A stretch of DNA of 60,638 nucleotides, taken from the IMG/VR virus record IMGVR_UViG_3300045988_153078; one strand, written 5' to 3'. Origin of the DNA: a virus. Below are positions 27,231 to 38,200 of the stretch, in pieces. Below the pieces are notes generated by a model. The model worked only from the letters and a program-made list of their open reading frames with translations, made no database searches and had not been told where the DNA came from. Position numbers and translations under genes: made by a program. Each line of letters begins with the position of its first letter. Within the stretch, counting starts at the first letter, position 1.

Positions 27231-30200
27231 ATGGCGAATGAATTTAAAATAACGGATATTGTTGATAAAAAAGCTTTTGATGAATTAACTATCCTGATTG
27301 CTAAATTTAATGAAACCAAAGAGGCTTATGTGAATCTTACCAAAGATTTGGCAGGAGGTCTCAGAGTAAAACCGGGAGATCTTAAGGAATTAGCGGATAA
27401 AACAGAGAAGTATACCGGTATAATGAACCAATTGATTACTACTCAAAACGAACTGTCTGATATACAAGGTAGATACAAGGGTTTACTTAAGCAAATAGAA
27501 GAACAAACGGAGAAAAATGTAAAAGCTATTCTGGAAGAAGCAAAAGCTAATAAACTAAACAAAGATGCAGAGTTGGCAGCTCAAAAGATTGAGACGGAAC
27601 GATTAAGGCAAAAAAAATTAATAAATCAAGAAAATAAAAGATATAAATATACAGTAGAGGAGGGAATTTCAGCCCTTAGAATGGAAATTAAAACACTTCG
27701 GGATGCTGAGGAGCAGAATAAAATCCTTCGTGCCGCAAGAAAAGAAGTAGATATAACTACAAAAGAGGGTACTGAAACTATAAAGAAGTTTAATGAAGTC
27801 ATAGATCGTAACGATTCATTGATTAAAAAGAATTCTGATTCTTTAGTTCAGTCAAAGATGAATGTCGGCCGTTATAAAGAAGATATAAAAGCTGCTACAT
27901 CGGAGATATTAAAAGGTAATGTCTCTCTCAAAAACATGGGTAATCTGGCCAAGAGCACCGGAGGTCTATTAAAATCCAGTATGGGAACCGGATTACAAGA
28001 AGTCAGGATTGGAGTGGGTTCAATGATTAAGGGAATGGTAGGTGCACAGGCTGTTATTTCCGGCATACAACAAATGATAGGTCTGTTTAAATCGGGAGTA
28101 AGATCTATTATAGATTTTGAAGCTGCAAACAGTAATCTTTCTGCAATTTTAGGAACTACCTCTAAAAATATAAAAGATCTCACCGCAGATGCTCAACGCC
28201 TAGGGGCAGCTACTAAGTATACTGCTTCTGAAGCTACCGGACTACAAATAGAATTAGCCAAATTAGGATTTTCCCGGAAAGAAATATTGCAATCGACTGA
28301 AGGTATTCTCAAGTTTGCTCAGGCAACTGGTGCAGAATTACCTGAAGCGGCAGCGCTTGCCGGTGCTGCACTACGAATGTTTAATGCTGATACTTCTGAA
28401 ACGGAAAGATATGTGTCGGCAATGGCTATTGCAACTTCAAAGAGTGCACTTTCATTTTCTTATCTTCAGACAGCTATGCCCATTGTAGGACCTGTTGCAA
28501 AAGCATTTAATTTCCAGATAGAAGATACTTTAGCATTATTAGGGAAATTAGCAGATGCCGGATTTGATGCTTCTATGTCTGCTACTGCAACGCGTAATAT
28601 TTTGCTTAATCTTGCCGATGGTTCGGGTAAATTAGCAAAGGCGCTTGGTGGTCCGGTAAAGACACTCCCTGAATTAGTTGCTGGACTTAAAAAATTAAAA
28701 GATCAAGGAGTAGATCTAAATACGACATTAGAGTTAACAGATAAGCGCAGTGTTGCTGCCTTTAATGCTTTTCTTACTGCTGCTGATAAAATAGTTCCAT
28801 TACGTGAACAAATTACAGGAGTTAAAGGAGAATTGGATGACATGGCTAATACAATGGGGGATAATGTTCAAGGAGCTATTGCCGGATTATCTTCAGCATG
28901 GGAAGCATTTATGCTATCATTTTCAAAATCTACAGGTCTGATGAAAGATGTCTTAGATTTTTTTGCAGAAGGATTAAGAGAAGTCGCGAAACAGTTGAAA
29001 TCATATAATCAGATGCAGGATGATGCGGAAAATGAAGCAGTAGCTAGAGCACAAAAGGAGTTAGCCACATCCGATGTTCTGAAAAAGAATCGAGAAAATA
29101 TGGCTCGACTGTATAAAGAAAAAATTAAGGAGGGGATGTCGGCAGATGAAGCTGCTATATCTGCTAAAGAAGAATATATTTCTTCATTGGAAAGTACTTT
29201 TGAAATTGAAAATAGGGCATATAAAACAGCAATACATGATCGGAAACAAGCTGAAGAGGAATTAAATAAAACGGGATTGTTTTATTTTAATTCATCAAAA
29301 GGATTGTCTAAAAAACAATTAAAAGAAAACGTTGAGACTGCAATTGTAGCCGCTGCTGGTAAAAAGGCAATAGCATCTATAACAGAGTCTATTATTGAGG
29401 ATTTAAAAAAAGTAGATCTTCAGCAAGAAGAAACAAATCAAAACTTAACAAAAGAATTAACGGATAAAGAAAAAAAAGAATTAGAAAAGGCTGAAAGAGA
29501 GCGATTAAAAATAAAAGAGAACTATCAGCAGTCTGAATTGGATCTGATGGATGAAGGCCTTGAAAAAGAGTTAGCAAAGATCAGTTTTGAATATACCAAA
29601 AGAATTGCTGCCATAAAGGGAAATAGTGAAGAAGAGATAAAAACTCGTGAAAATCTTTCTAAAAAAATGCAAGAAGCCATAGAAGACAAAACTGTATCAT
29701 TCAATTTAGACAAAGAGAAAAAGGACTTGTCTAATAGGCTTGAGCTTGTAAAGGAAGGGAGTGAGGAAGAGTTGGAATTAAGGCAGAGATTGCTTCTTGT
29801 TGAACGTGCAAGAGCAGTATATTATGCAGATAAGACAGGAGAAGATGTCGTTGCCATTCAAGAGAAATATGATAAGAAATCTATTGATTTGATGGCCAAA
29901 TTTGCAGATCTAAGGAATAAAAAACTGCAAGAGCAATATTCTATGGATGCTATAATAGCTTCAGCCAGTATGCAGGAAGAATTGGATGCCTTATCTGCAA
30001 AATACACTAAGGGAGGACTGATTCAAAGAGAGGATTATGAGCGTGAAAAAGCGAAAATAACGCAAAAATATGCCATAGAACAAGCACGGGCGGCTATTGA
30101 ATTGGCTAAACAACAATTAAATACTCCCGGATTATCCCCAGATGACAAACTTAAATTAGAAAGGAAGATAGCAGAGGCTGAGATCGCTCTTGCTAAAGAG

Positions 30201-31109
30201 GTACGTGATGCTGAAATTAATGCATATGAAGATACAGTAAAAGCGCATCAAAAGAAAATGAATAAGATTTCTGAAGGTATACAAATGGCCTCAGAAATAC
30301 TTAATGGATTTTCAGAACTTGGTTCTGCCATTTTTGATCGGAAAATCTCTGAAATAGAGAAAGAACAAGAGGCTAATGAAAAATCCGGAGAGGAAGAAAT
30401 AGAAAGAATAAAACAGTTGGCTGAAAAAGGGGCTATTACTAAAGAGGAAGCTGAGGAAAGGAAAAGAGTTGCTGAAAAGAAAACAGCGGCAAAGAATAAA
30501 GAATTAGAGAAAAAGAAAGAGGCTCTCCAGCAGAAACAGGCCAAATGGGAGAAGGCTAATGCGATCAGTCAATCTATCATAGCTACTGCACTGGCTGTTT
30601 CAAGAGCTCTCCCGAATATGGTTCTGGCTGCATTGGTTGGAGCATTGGGAGCTGCCCAGCTTGCGACTATTATTGCTCAGCCTATTCCCAAATATGCTAA
30701 GGGTACAGATAACCATCCCGGTGGGTTAGCTATTGTAGGAGATGGAGGTAAACATGAAGCTGTTGTAACTGACAGGGGAGCTTATATAACTCCTAATGTT
30801 CCTACTTTGATTGATTTGCCGCGTCGGGCAAAGGTTATTCCCGATGTAGATATAGAGAGGCGCAGTGATTTCCTGCCTCCTTTTGACAGGTTAGCTTTGT
30901 ATCGCAGCATGAACTTGCGTTCAGACATAGGTGCTTTGATGAAGGATGCCGAAAGGATGGGTGAGCCTATTACTGTGAATGTGAATAATGATTATAGAAA
31001 GTTGGAGCGTGAGATGCAGTCGTTAAACCGTTCGTTTGAAAAGATGGCTAAATACCAGAAGAAGGCTGCAAAAGAGGCCGAGCTAAGAAATATATCAAGT
31101 CGTATTTAA
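27231..31109 (+). CDS. Tail tape measure protein (TP901-type core)
   Basis: 1292 aa. The core region (SNLSAILGTTSKNIKDLT...ATKYTASEATGLQIELAKLGF...ATATRNILLNL) is flanked by long coiled coils. Confidence 0.9.
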   Translation: MANEFKITDIVDKKAFDELTILIAKFNETKEAYVNLTKDLAGGLRVKPGDLKELADKTEKYTGIMNQLITTQNELSDIQGRYKGLLKQIEEQTEKNVKAILEEAKANKLNKDAELAAQKIETERLRQKKLINQENKRYKYTVEEGISALRMEIKTLRDAEEQNKILRAARKEVDITTKEGTETIKKFNEVIDRNDSLIKKNSDSLVQSKMNVGRYKEDIKAATSEILKGNVSLKNMGNLAKSTGGLLKSSMGTGLQEVRIGVGSMIKGMVGAQAVISGIQQMIGLFKSGVRSIIDFEAANSNLSAILGTTSKNIKDLTADAQRLGAATKYTASEATGLQIELAKLGFSRKEILQSTEGILKFAQATGAELPEAAALAGAALRMFNADTSETERYVSAMAIATSKSALSFSYLQTAMPIVGPVAKAFNFQIEDTLALLGKLADAGFDASMSATATRNILLNLADGSGKLAKALGGPVKTLPELVAGLKKLKDQGVDLNTTLELTDKRSVAAFNAFLTAADKIVPLREQITGVKGELDDMANTMGDNVQGAIAGLSSAWEAFMLSFSKSTGLMKDVLDFFAEGLREVAKQLKSYNQMQDDAENEAVARAQKELATSDVLKKNRENMARLYKEKIKEGMSADEAAISAKEEYISSLESTFEIENRAYKTAIHDRKQAEEELNKTGLFYFNSSKGLSKKQLKENVETAIVAAAGKKAIASITESIIEDLKKVDLQQEETNQNLTKELTDKEKKELEKAERERLKIKENYQQSELDLMDEGLEKELAKISFEYTKRIAAIKGNSEEEIKTRENLSKKMQEAIEDKTVSFNLDKEKKDLSNRLELVKEGSEEELELRQRLLLVERARAVYYADKTGEDVVAIQEKYDKKSIDLMAKFADLRNKKLQEQYSMDAIIASASMQEELDALSAKYTKGGLIQREDYEREKAKITQKYAIEQARAAIELAKQQLNTPGLSPDDKLKLERKIAEAEIALAKEVRDAEINAYEDTVKAHQKKMNKISEGIQMASEILNGFSELGSAIFDRKISEIEKEQEANEKSGEEEIERIKQLAEKGAITKEEAEERKRVAEKKTAAKNKELEKKKEALQQKQAKWEKANAISQSIIATALAVSRALPNMVLAALVGALGAAQLATIIAQPIPKYAKGTDNHPGGLAIVGDGGKHEAVVTDRGAYITPNVPTLIDLPRRAKVIPDVDIERRSDFLPPFDRLALYRSMNLRSDIGALMKDAERMGEPITVNVNNDYRKLEREMQSLNRSFEKMAKYQKKAAKEAELRNISSRI

Positions 31110-31140
31110 ATCACCGTATAAAGGAGTACGGAACATTCTT

Positions 31141-31791
31141 ATGAAAACAAATCAAATTATGATTCGCCAAATGGGTGAATTTAAGGTAATTCAGAGAACT
31201 AAAGATGCGTTTTTCAATGCTACAGATTTACTAAAACATTGGAATAAGTATAGTGGACAACAAAAGCAAATGGTGCACTATACCGATAATTCTTCGACCA
31301 AAGAGTTTATAAGAGCTTTAATATCAGAGGAAATGTTTAAAGAACGTAATTCCGTTCTTATACAATCAAGAGGAAAGAATGGTGGGACATGGATGCATCC
31401 TTTGCTTTTTATTGATTTTGCAATGTGGCTCAACCCAACTTTCAAGGTAAAAGTTCTCAAATTTGTCTATGATGAAATGATAAAATGCCGCAATCTTGCC
31501 GGTGATGCTTATCCTGCTATGTGTCGTGCCGTTTGTTCAATACTCCCTGGGGATATATTCCCCAAAAAGATTAAGGACTTAGCCAAGTCTCTAAACATCA
31601 TAGTTTATGGCAAACATGAATTAGAGATGCGTAATAAAATTGGTGATGAAGCTAAAATACGCGAATTGTATGAGTTGGAATTACAGATAGCTCAATGGAT
31701 TGAGCTCGGATTCATTAAAGATTATAAAGGTTTGAAAGAGACTTTGAACAAAGTGTATTACAAAAAGTATCCTAATATTTTGCCGCTCTAG
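31141..31791 (+). CDS. KilA-N domain protein
   Basis: FNATDLLKHWNKYSGQQK...GGTWMHPLLFIDFAMWLNPTFKVKV. Confidence 0.7.
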   Translation: MKTNQIMIRQMGEFKVIQRTKDAFFNATDLLKHWNKYSGQQKQMVHYTDNSSTKEFIRALISEEMFKERNSVLIQSRGKNGGTWMHPLLFIDFAMWLNPTFKVKVLKFVYDEMIKCRNLAGDAYPAMCRAVCSILPGDIFPKKIKDLAKSLNIIVYGKHELEMRNKIGDEAKIRELYELELQIAQWIELGFIKDYKGLKETLNKVYYKKYPNILPL

Positions 31792-31792
31792 C

Positions 31793-32368
31793 ATGATATA
31801 CACAGATCTTGATAGAATATCCCTCCGAATATTCATAGATGTATTTTGTGGAAATTCGGACGCCGTGTGTGAAGGAGATTATAGTGAAGATGAAAAGCAG
31901 AAAGCGGCGTCCGGATTGGTTAATGAATATATGTCTATAGTTGGGAAGAAGGGAATATTGGCTGAAGTTTCTAAGAAGAATGAAATTATCAGCCTTGTGA
32001 TAAAGATACAGTTGATGAACTGCTGCCGTTATCTTACTGAAGAGAAGGAGTGGTCTACAGTTTGTTCGATTCTCAATGATATGGGATATAGTCTTGATCC
32101 TAATGATCACAATAAGATATGCAGTAGGATTGAAGCTATTTTATCTAACAGTAGATTTCGGGTGGATAAGATCATGTCAGAACAATCCGACCTCCCTAAG
32201 TCGGCTATTATGGATAGGGATTATTTTGTGAGAGAAAGAGTGGCCGTAATGCAACATTTCAATATGCATATTGATCCGGATTCATTTTCCGCAAAGGAAT
32301 ATGCCTATATGGTAAAGAGGATGTGTGATGATGTTGATTTGCGTCTGAAATCATTAAAAAGAAAATAA
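31793..32368 (+). CDS. Hypothetical protein
   Basis: 191-aa ORF. Confidence 0.5.
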   Translation: MIYTDLDRISLRIFIDVFCGNSDAVCEGDYSEDEKQKAASGLVNEYMSIVGKKGILAEVSKKNEIISLVIKIQLMNCCRYLTEEKEWSTVCSILNDMGYSLDPNDHNKICSRIEAILSNSRFRVDKIMSEQSDLPKSAIMDRDYFVRERVAVMQHFNMHIDPDSFSAKEYAYMVKRMCDDVDLRLKSLKRK

Positions 32369-32369
32369 T

Positions 32370-34313
32370 ATGTATTATAAATGTGAGTTATTAGTTGATG
32401 GATACTCGTATCAGGTAACGGATAACCTGGTCAATTGGGACGACATAACCACTTCTTTTAAGAGGGGGGATTATGATGGAGTCGTAAGATCGTTCTCTAC
32501 AAAGTTTGAGTTTTCTAATGCTGCATATAATTTATTAAAACGTGTATTCCGGGATAAATATCTGCAAGCATCTGCGAGTGTGGTGTTTTACACAAGAAAT
32601 AATAGTTGGCTCTGGAATGAAAGATTCCGGTGTTCGTTAGATTTCTCCACATTTCAAGATGATGGGAATACCATATCTATCAGTGCTGTAGATGACAGCC
32701 TGGCCGCATTGATAAAAGCTAAAAAGGGAACACAGTATGAATATGCTGTGAGCGAACTTACAGAAGGCAAATACTTGTACTATGATGGTATAAAAATGAA
32801 TCAGAATGTGAACTGGTTGGTTGCCGGGAATAGCATTGAGGATTCAACGGATATATCAGTGAAGTTAGAGGCTGCATTACTAAACCAAAAATACTTTCCA
32901 TTAGTGGTTGGGGCAAGTGAAACATCTATAGGTGGATATATTACATATGGAGATACCTTTCAGCAAGATGTATCTAAAAAAGATAAAGACACTTTCCTTT
33001 TCAGAGCGGAAAGGAATATTACCTGTTTTTTAAATGTATCTATTTCATTTAAAGTGGCTGCAAATAAAGCTCTATCCATGCAGCTTATAAAAGTTGGTTT
33101 AGACGGCAGTGAAACGGAAATAGCGGGAACATTTGTTAATGATGAACATCCAGAAACTATTTTCTTACTTTCATATATGAATAATATAACATTACTTGAA
33201 GGAGAGTATTGCTTTATCAAATATGGATCTATTAAAGAAATGACTTTGACTATCAGAGACCCTTATATTAGTCTAAATTGGGATGCAAGAATAATACCGG
33301 TCAACATTGATATAGTTACTCCTGTCAAGCTTCTAACCCGGCTTCTTCAAAGTATAAATGGAGGGCAGGAAGGAATTACAGGAGAGATCGTTTCAGGGGT
33401 AGACAAGAGATTGGATGAATGTATGATAATTCCTGCTGAGAGTGCAAGAGGTCTGAAAAAGGCAAAATTATATTGTTCGTATACAAAGTTTGTTGATTGG
33501 ATGCAGTCGGAGTTTGGCTTTGTTCCTGTGATAGGGGAAGACAAGGTTACATTTGTACATAGAAGTAGTCTGTTTTCAAAAAACATAGTAAAAGATTTCG
33601 GTGACAATATACGGTCGTTTGAATATAGCGTAAATTCTTCCTTGATTTATTCCCGGGTACGGGCCGGTTATGACAAGCAGGATTATGACAGTGTGAACGG
33701 ACGTGATGAATTTCATTTCACAAATGAATATAGTACCGGAGTGACTTTGACTGATAATTCCCTTGAATTGATAAGCCCGTTTCGGGCTGACGCATACGGA
33801 ATAGAGTTTTTGGTTCAGAAAAGGGGAGAGGATACTACGGATAGTGATAGCGACAATGACGTATTCTTTGTTAATGCAAGGCTTGCTTCAATAGATGGCG
33901 GATACCGTCTTATACGTAAGATAAATGGTGGTCCATCCATTTCCGGGGTAATAAGTCCCGATACAATGTTTAATGCTGTATACTCTCCACGTTATATGAT
34001 AGAGGCTAACCGGAAGTTTATTGGTGCATTTACCAACACATTGGACTTTTCGTCTTCTGATGGTAACAGCGACGTTGTTATTGATGGAGTATCCGAGAAA
34101 ACGGATATCCAGTTGACGGAAGGAGAGAGGCTGTTTACTGTTGGCGAGGTTTCAGTAGAGTCCGGAGATATGAAAGCTCCTGATGATCTCACAGGATTAA
34201 TATCTATAGAGAAGGGAGGAGAAACATATCATGGGTATATTAAAGACGGTAAGTTTAATTACGGCCGTTCTGAAGCTGCTAAATATACTTTGATAGTGGA
34301 GAGTATAAAATAA
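32370..34313 (+). CDS. Tail protein (distal tail/baseplate candidate by position)
   Basis: 647-aa ORF downstream of the tape measure. Confidence 0.5.
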   Translation: MYYKCELLVDGYSYQVTDNLVNWDDITTSFKRGDYDGVVRSFSTKFEFSNAAYNLLKRVFRDKYLQASASVVFYTRNNSWLWNERFRCSLDFSTFQDDGNTISISAVDDSLAALIKAKKGTQYEYAVSELTEGKYLYYDGIKMNQNVNWLVAGNSIEDSTDISVKLEAALLNQKYFPLVVGASETSIGGYITYGDTFQQDVSKKDKDTFLFRAERNITCFLNVSISFKVAANKALSMQLIKVGLDGSETEIAGTFVNDEHPETIFLLSYMNNITLLEGEYCFIKYGSIKEMTLTIRDPYISLNWDARIIPVNIDIVTPVKLLTRLLQSINGGQEGITGEIVSGVDKRLDECMIIPAESARGLKKAKLYCSYTKFVDWMQSEFGFVPVIGEDKVTFVHRSSLFSKNIVKDFGDNIRSFEYSVNSSLIYSRVRAGYDKQDYDSVNGRDEFHFTNEYSTGVTLTDNSLELISPFRADAYGIEFLVQKRGEDTTDSDSDNDVFFVNARLASIDGGYRLIRKINGGPSISGVISPDTMFNAVYSPRYMIEANRKFIGAFTNTLDFSSSDGNSDVVIDGVSEKTDIQLTEGERLFTVGEVSVESGDMKAPDDLTGLISIEKGGETYHGYIKDGKFNYGRSEAAKYTLIVESIK

Positions 34314-34406
34314 GGTGAAATTGTTCATAATTACGTTTTTAATTCATATATTTGCTACGATAACACAGGTCAAGAGGCTTGTAACCCAAATTCGGACTAA
34401 AGGACT

Positions 34407-35279
34407 ATGATTAAGATAGGTGATATATGCCCATTGTTCTTTTCGCCAGTTAAGGACAAATATGCAATCGATGTAGATTACATTCAGAGGTTTCATACAA
34501 CTGATAAAATACTCCTGCAAATATTTGCGGATGACGGAGAAGTAGCTTCAGCCTCTCTTAACGATCTTATCAAAGGAACTTCTTCCAATATCCAATTTCA
34601 GACTTATGAGGTAAATGCATCTGTTATGATGTATTATGTCGTGTTTACTTCACTTCCGGATTCAATCTATAGTATAACTTTTGAAAGGAAAGAATCTGAG
34701 CCATTTGAAGTATGTTCCGATTCCAATATCCTGGAAGAAACCGCACTGATTCGCTATTCACACAAAGATAATAATTCTGCTTTTGATAATATCTTCTGGA
34801 TAGGAGATACTCAACAGGTATTCGAATGGAGAGTGGAAGCTGGGTTTAAGCCGGCAGGATATTCCGCAAAGATAGATAATGAACAATACCGCAATCAAAG
34901 ACAAGAAATAGAAGAGTTATATGCTGTTCCCTATGATTCGTATGTACTTACAATAGGAAACTCGTGTGGTGTCCCGTATTGGTTCGGAAGGCATCTTAAC
35001 CGGATATTGTGTGTGTCTATGTTTGATGTGAATGGAGAGAGATATGTAAGGTCCGAGAATTCTGTTCCAGAGATAAGTCAGGTTATGGAAGACAGCCAAA
35101 TGTTTTTCGTGACTATTGCATTGGAACCACAGGAAAATTCTATTTCCGGTGTTGGCGGTGCTCCTGAGCAGGCGAGCAGCGCATCTATTGTCGGTTTTGT
35201 CGTAAATAACCCGAAGGAGGGGGAAATGTTGAAATATAAAGAAAGCGAAGCGGCATTCATAAATCCTTCACGAATTTGA
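34407..35279 (+). CDS. Hypothetical tail-module protein
   Basis: 290-aa ORF. Confidence 0.5.
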   Translation: MIKIGDICPLFFSPVKDKYAIDVDYIQRFHTTDKILLQIFADDGEVASASLNDLIKGTSSNIQFQTYEVNASVMMYYVVFTSLPDSIYSITFERKESEPFEVCSDSNILEETALIRYSHKDNNSAFDNIFWIGDTQQVFEWRVEAGFKPAGYSAKIDNEQYRNQRQEIEELYAVPYDSYVLTIGNSCGVPYWFGRHLNRILCVSMFDVNGERYVRSENSVPEISQVMEDSQMFFVTIALEPQENSISGVGGAPEQASSASIVGFVVNNPKEGEMLKYKESEAAFINPSRI

Positions 35280-35280
35280 C

Positions 35281-38200
35281 ATGAAAAAGAATATAAGCAA
35301 AATACAATGGTTTGGTTCAGAAATTGAAAACGGAAAAGCAAAAGCTCCCGTCATTTCTCCTGATTCTATGTCGCATTTGGAAGGGCTTAATCAAGGAGAA
35401 TTTTATATCTGTAATGCAGACGAAGATCCGGCTATATTTATACGTACCAACAGGGATAATGTAGTAGCGTTTAAGCTTGCTGCGGATGTTGACATGGAGG
35501 CTTTGAAAAAGGTTTTTCTCCGGAAAGACCAAAACGACACCACCCCCTACAAACTTACCATCCGTGGTGGCATTGAAACCGGTTGGGACCAATCTCAGGC
35601 AGCGCCTACCGCTTCTCTCTCTGAGGATGGCATATTAAACGCTGCCGCAGCTATACTGAAGGAATATATCTCTTCTCCAAAGTTTATTCCTGGATTTACA
35701 GGAGAAGGTGCCAAACTTTATAAGGACGAAGCCGGTAACTGGACTTTGGAATGTGACATCGTTACCGTCCGCAAGATGATGAAGGTATTTGAACTGATCA
35801 TTCAGAAAATACGCTCAGTTAACGGTGCATTGGTGATCAGCCAGAGCAACAGTAAGGTTGTAGAGGTGACGGAAGATGGCGAGTATTACGTCCTCGACTT
35901 CGGTGACGATCAGCCAACATTTCAAGCGCATGACCTTGTAAGACACCAAGTATTTAGCGGAAACGAAGTAGAATACTATTGGGTAGAGATTGATCGTGCA
36001 GAAGGATCTAAGGTTTGGATTCTGAAAAGTGAGTTTAATGGCGTTGTTCCTAAGCAGGATGACGAATTGGTACAAATGGGCAACACTCAGAATGTGGCCC
36101 GACAGAGCTTGATTTATTTATCTGCCGAGGAAGGCAGCCCACAGAATGAAGGTTTGGGTGAATATTCGTCTTTGCCGGCTACTGTAGAGGATGAAACGCA
36201 GACTATTCATACTATATATTCCGGTACGGTAGATGGAAAGTATTTTAAGTCGGACTTGATAGTTGCGTCTGACTTTAGTACAGCCAGCCTTAATTTCTAC
36301 AAGTCAGCTTTACTCACTTCTCCCGTATGGACGAAACTAAACGCTACACCTTATGAATTTACCCTATTGCAGGATTTGTTCTACTGGAATGGCGGATATG
36401 TCTATGTAGCTGATATTTACTCGACCGGGACATTATCGGCAATAGGATATTCTTCCGACATCAACAACTTGTTTACCGGTTCCATGGCTGTAAGCGATTT
36501 GGATGCCGGTGTTAACTTCTACACCTATGAAAAGGGAAACATGGGTTTTGACGATGATCATTTCTACATCGGTTGGCGTGGAAGTAAAAGCAGCAGGGAT
36601 TATATGGTCAAGTTTGCCATAGACAAGTCCGGAACTGTCACCCTGTATAAAGAGGATATGGTCTATACAAAGGCTATGCGTATCAGTGGAAATTATATGT
36701 TATCTTCAGACAGACTGTCTTTGGAAGTTAGGAATCTTAAGGATTCTCAGTTCTCCGTATATGACATAGATGATACCATGACTGATGCAATCTGCTACAA
36801 ATCCGCTTGCTTCCTTGTGTTTACTTCAAAGAGCTACTATTCTATTGAAAATGGAAGTATAACGAAGAAGGAATATGATTTAGGAGGTAAGACAATAGGA
36901 ACTGTCTCTAACAGCGTCTTAGTTAGTGGTGTGGTGTATGCTTACACTACTAAAGGATATGTATTGACTTTTAAGGACGGTGCCCAGATAAGCACCCCGG
37001 AACTGTTTGCCGATTCAGAGCAAAACGGAGAAGCCGGCCGGATTTTCAATGACGGTAAAAATGTGATTGTCGATATATCTACGCCTAACGCTTATTTTGC
37101 TCCTGTTGTCCAGCCTGTCGCAAATGGCCATCCTGTGATCGATATATTGGATGGGGTTAATTCAAAGACATTTGAAGGGAAGCTGAAAACGAGAATAGGA
37201 TATTTGGGAGGCATTACGGATACTGATTTTCCCGCAAGTTATCAACCTTCGGGATATGGTATATACTCTATCAACGCTTTCCTAAAAGGCATCTTTATCC
37301 TTCGCAACGGAAAGACCATCGAACAGGAGTTTGAGTCAACCAACAAGGAAATAGACATCGCCAAAACCGATGCGAAAGCTGCCCAAGACAGATTAAACAC
37401 CTGGGCAGATGATGGTGTTATATCCCCGACCGAAAAGACTGCTTTAAAACAGGAGATGGAGGCTTTGAAAGCGGAGAGAGATTCCATCCTTGCTAACGCG
37501 TCCCGCTATGGGATTGATACCGTTGCTTATCGGAATGCTTTCAACGATTACTATCATGTGCTTGAGACCCATTCGGCAAGTGAGCCTGAAAATATACCGG
37601 TCAGCGCTTCATTTAAGGCTCTTCAACAGGCTTATTATGATCAGCAGAGGGTAATTATAGACGCTATCAATTCTGCTTCATATTCTTATGTTGGGGAAAA
37701 GGTTAAGATTGAGACTGACACGATTATGGAGGCTTTACCCGGACAGATTACGTTGGCTGTGAAGGGTGAGGTGAGTAAGGTGAAGGTGGGGGATGTTAAC
37801 TTGCTGCAAGATAGCAACCATACTTTGAGTGCTAACCCCTATCAATTGGGGGCGTATAAATATGATGTTCACTTAGTGAAAGGTAAATCTTATACGCTGA
37901 CCGTTTGTTACAAGTGCGCAGATTCGGACGGTGTATTAGCGTATAATAATCCTTCATACGGATATTTAGCATATTTCAATAAGAGCGAAGAAGAAACAAT
38001 TGTTTCTAAAAAGATAACTCCATCATATGATGATGCAACGTATTTCTATTTTTATAAATTACCCGAAAAGCAAACAACGGGGACGTATGTAAAATGGGCT
38101 GTAATTACTGAGGGTGATATTGGTGTCGCTAATTGGATACCGTCTGCAACTGAAAAAAAGCTAAACATAGGAGGTGAAAATCTTTGTTTAAACTCTGGTA

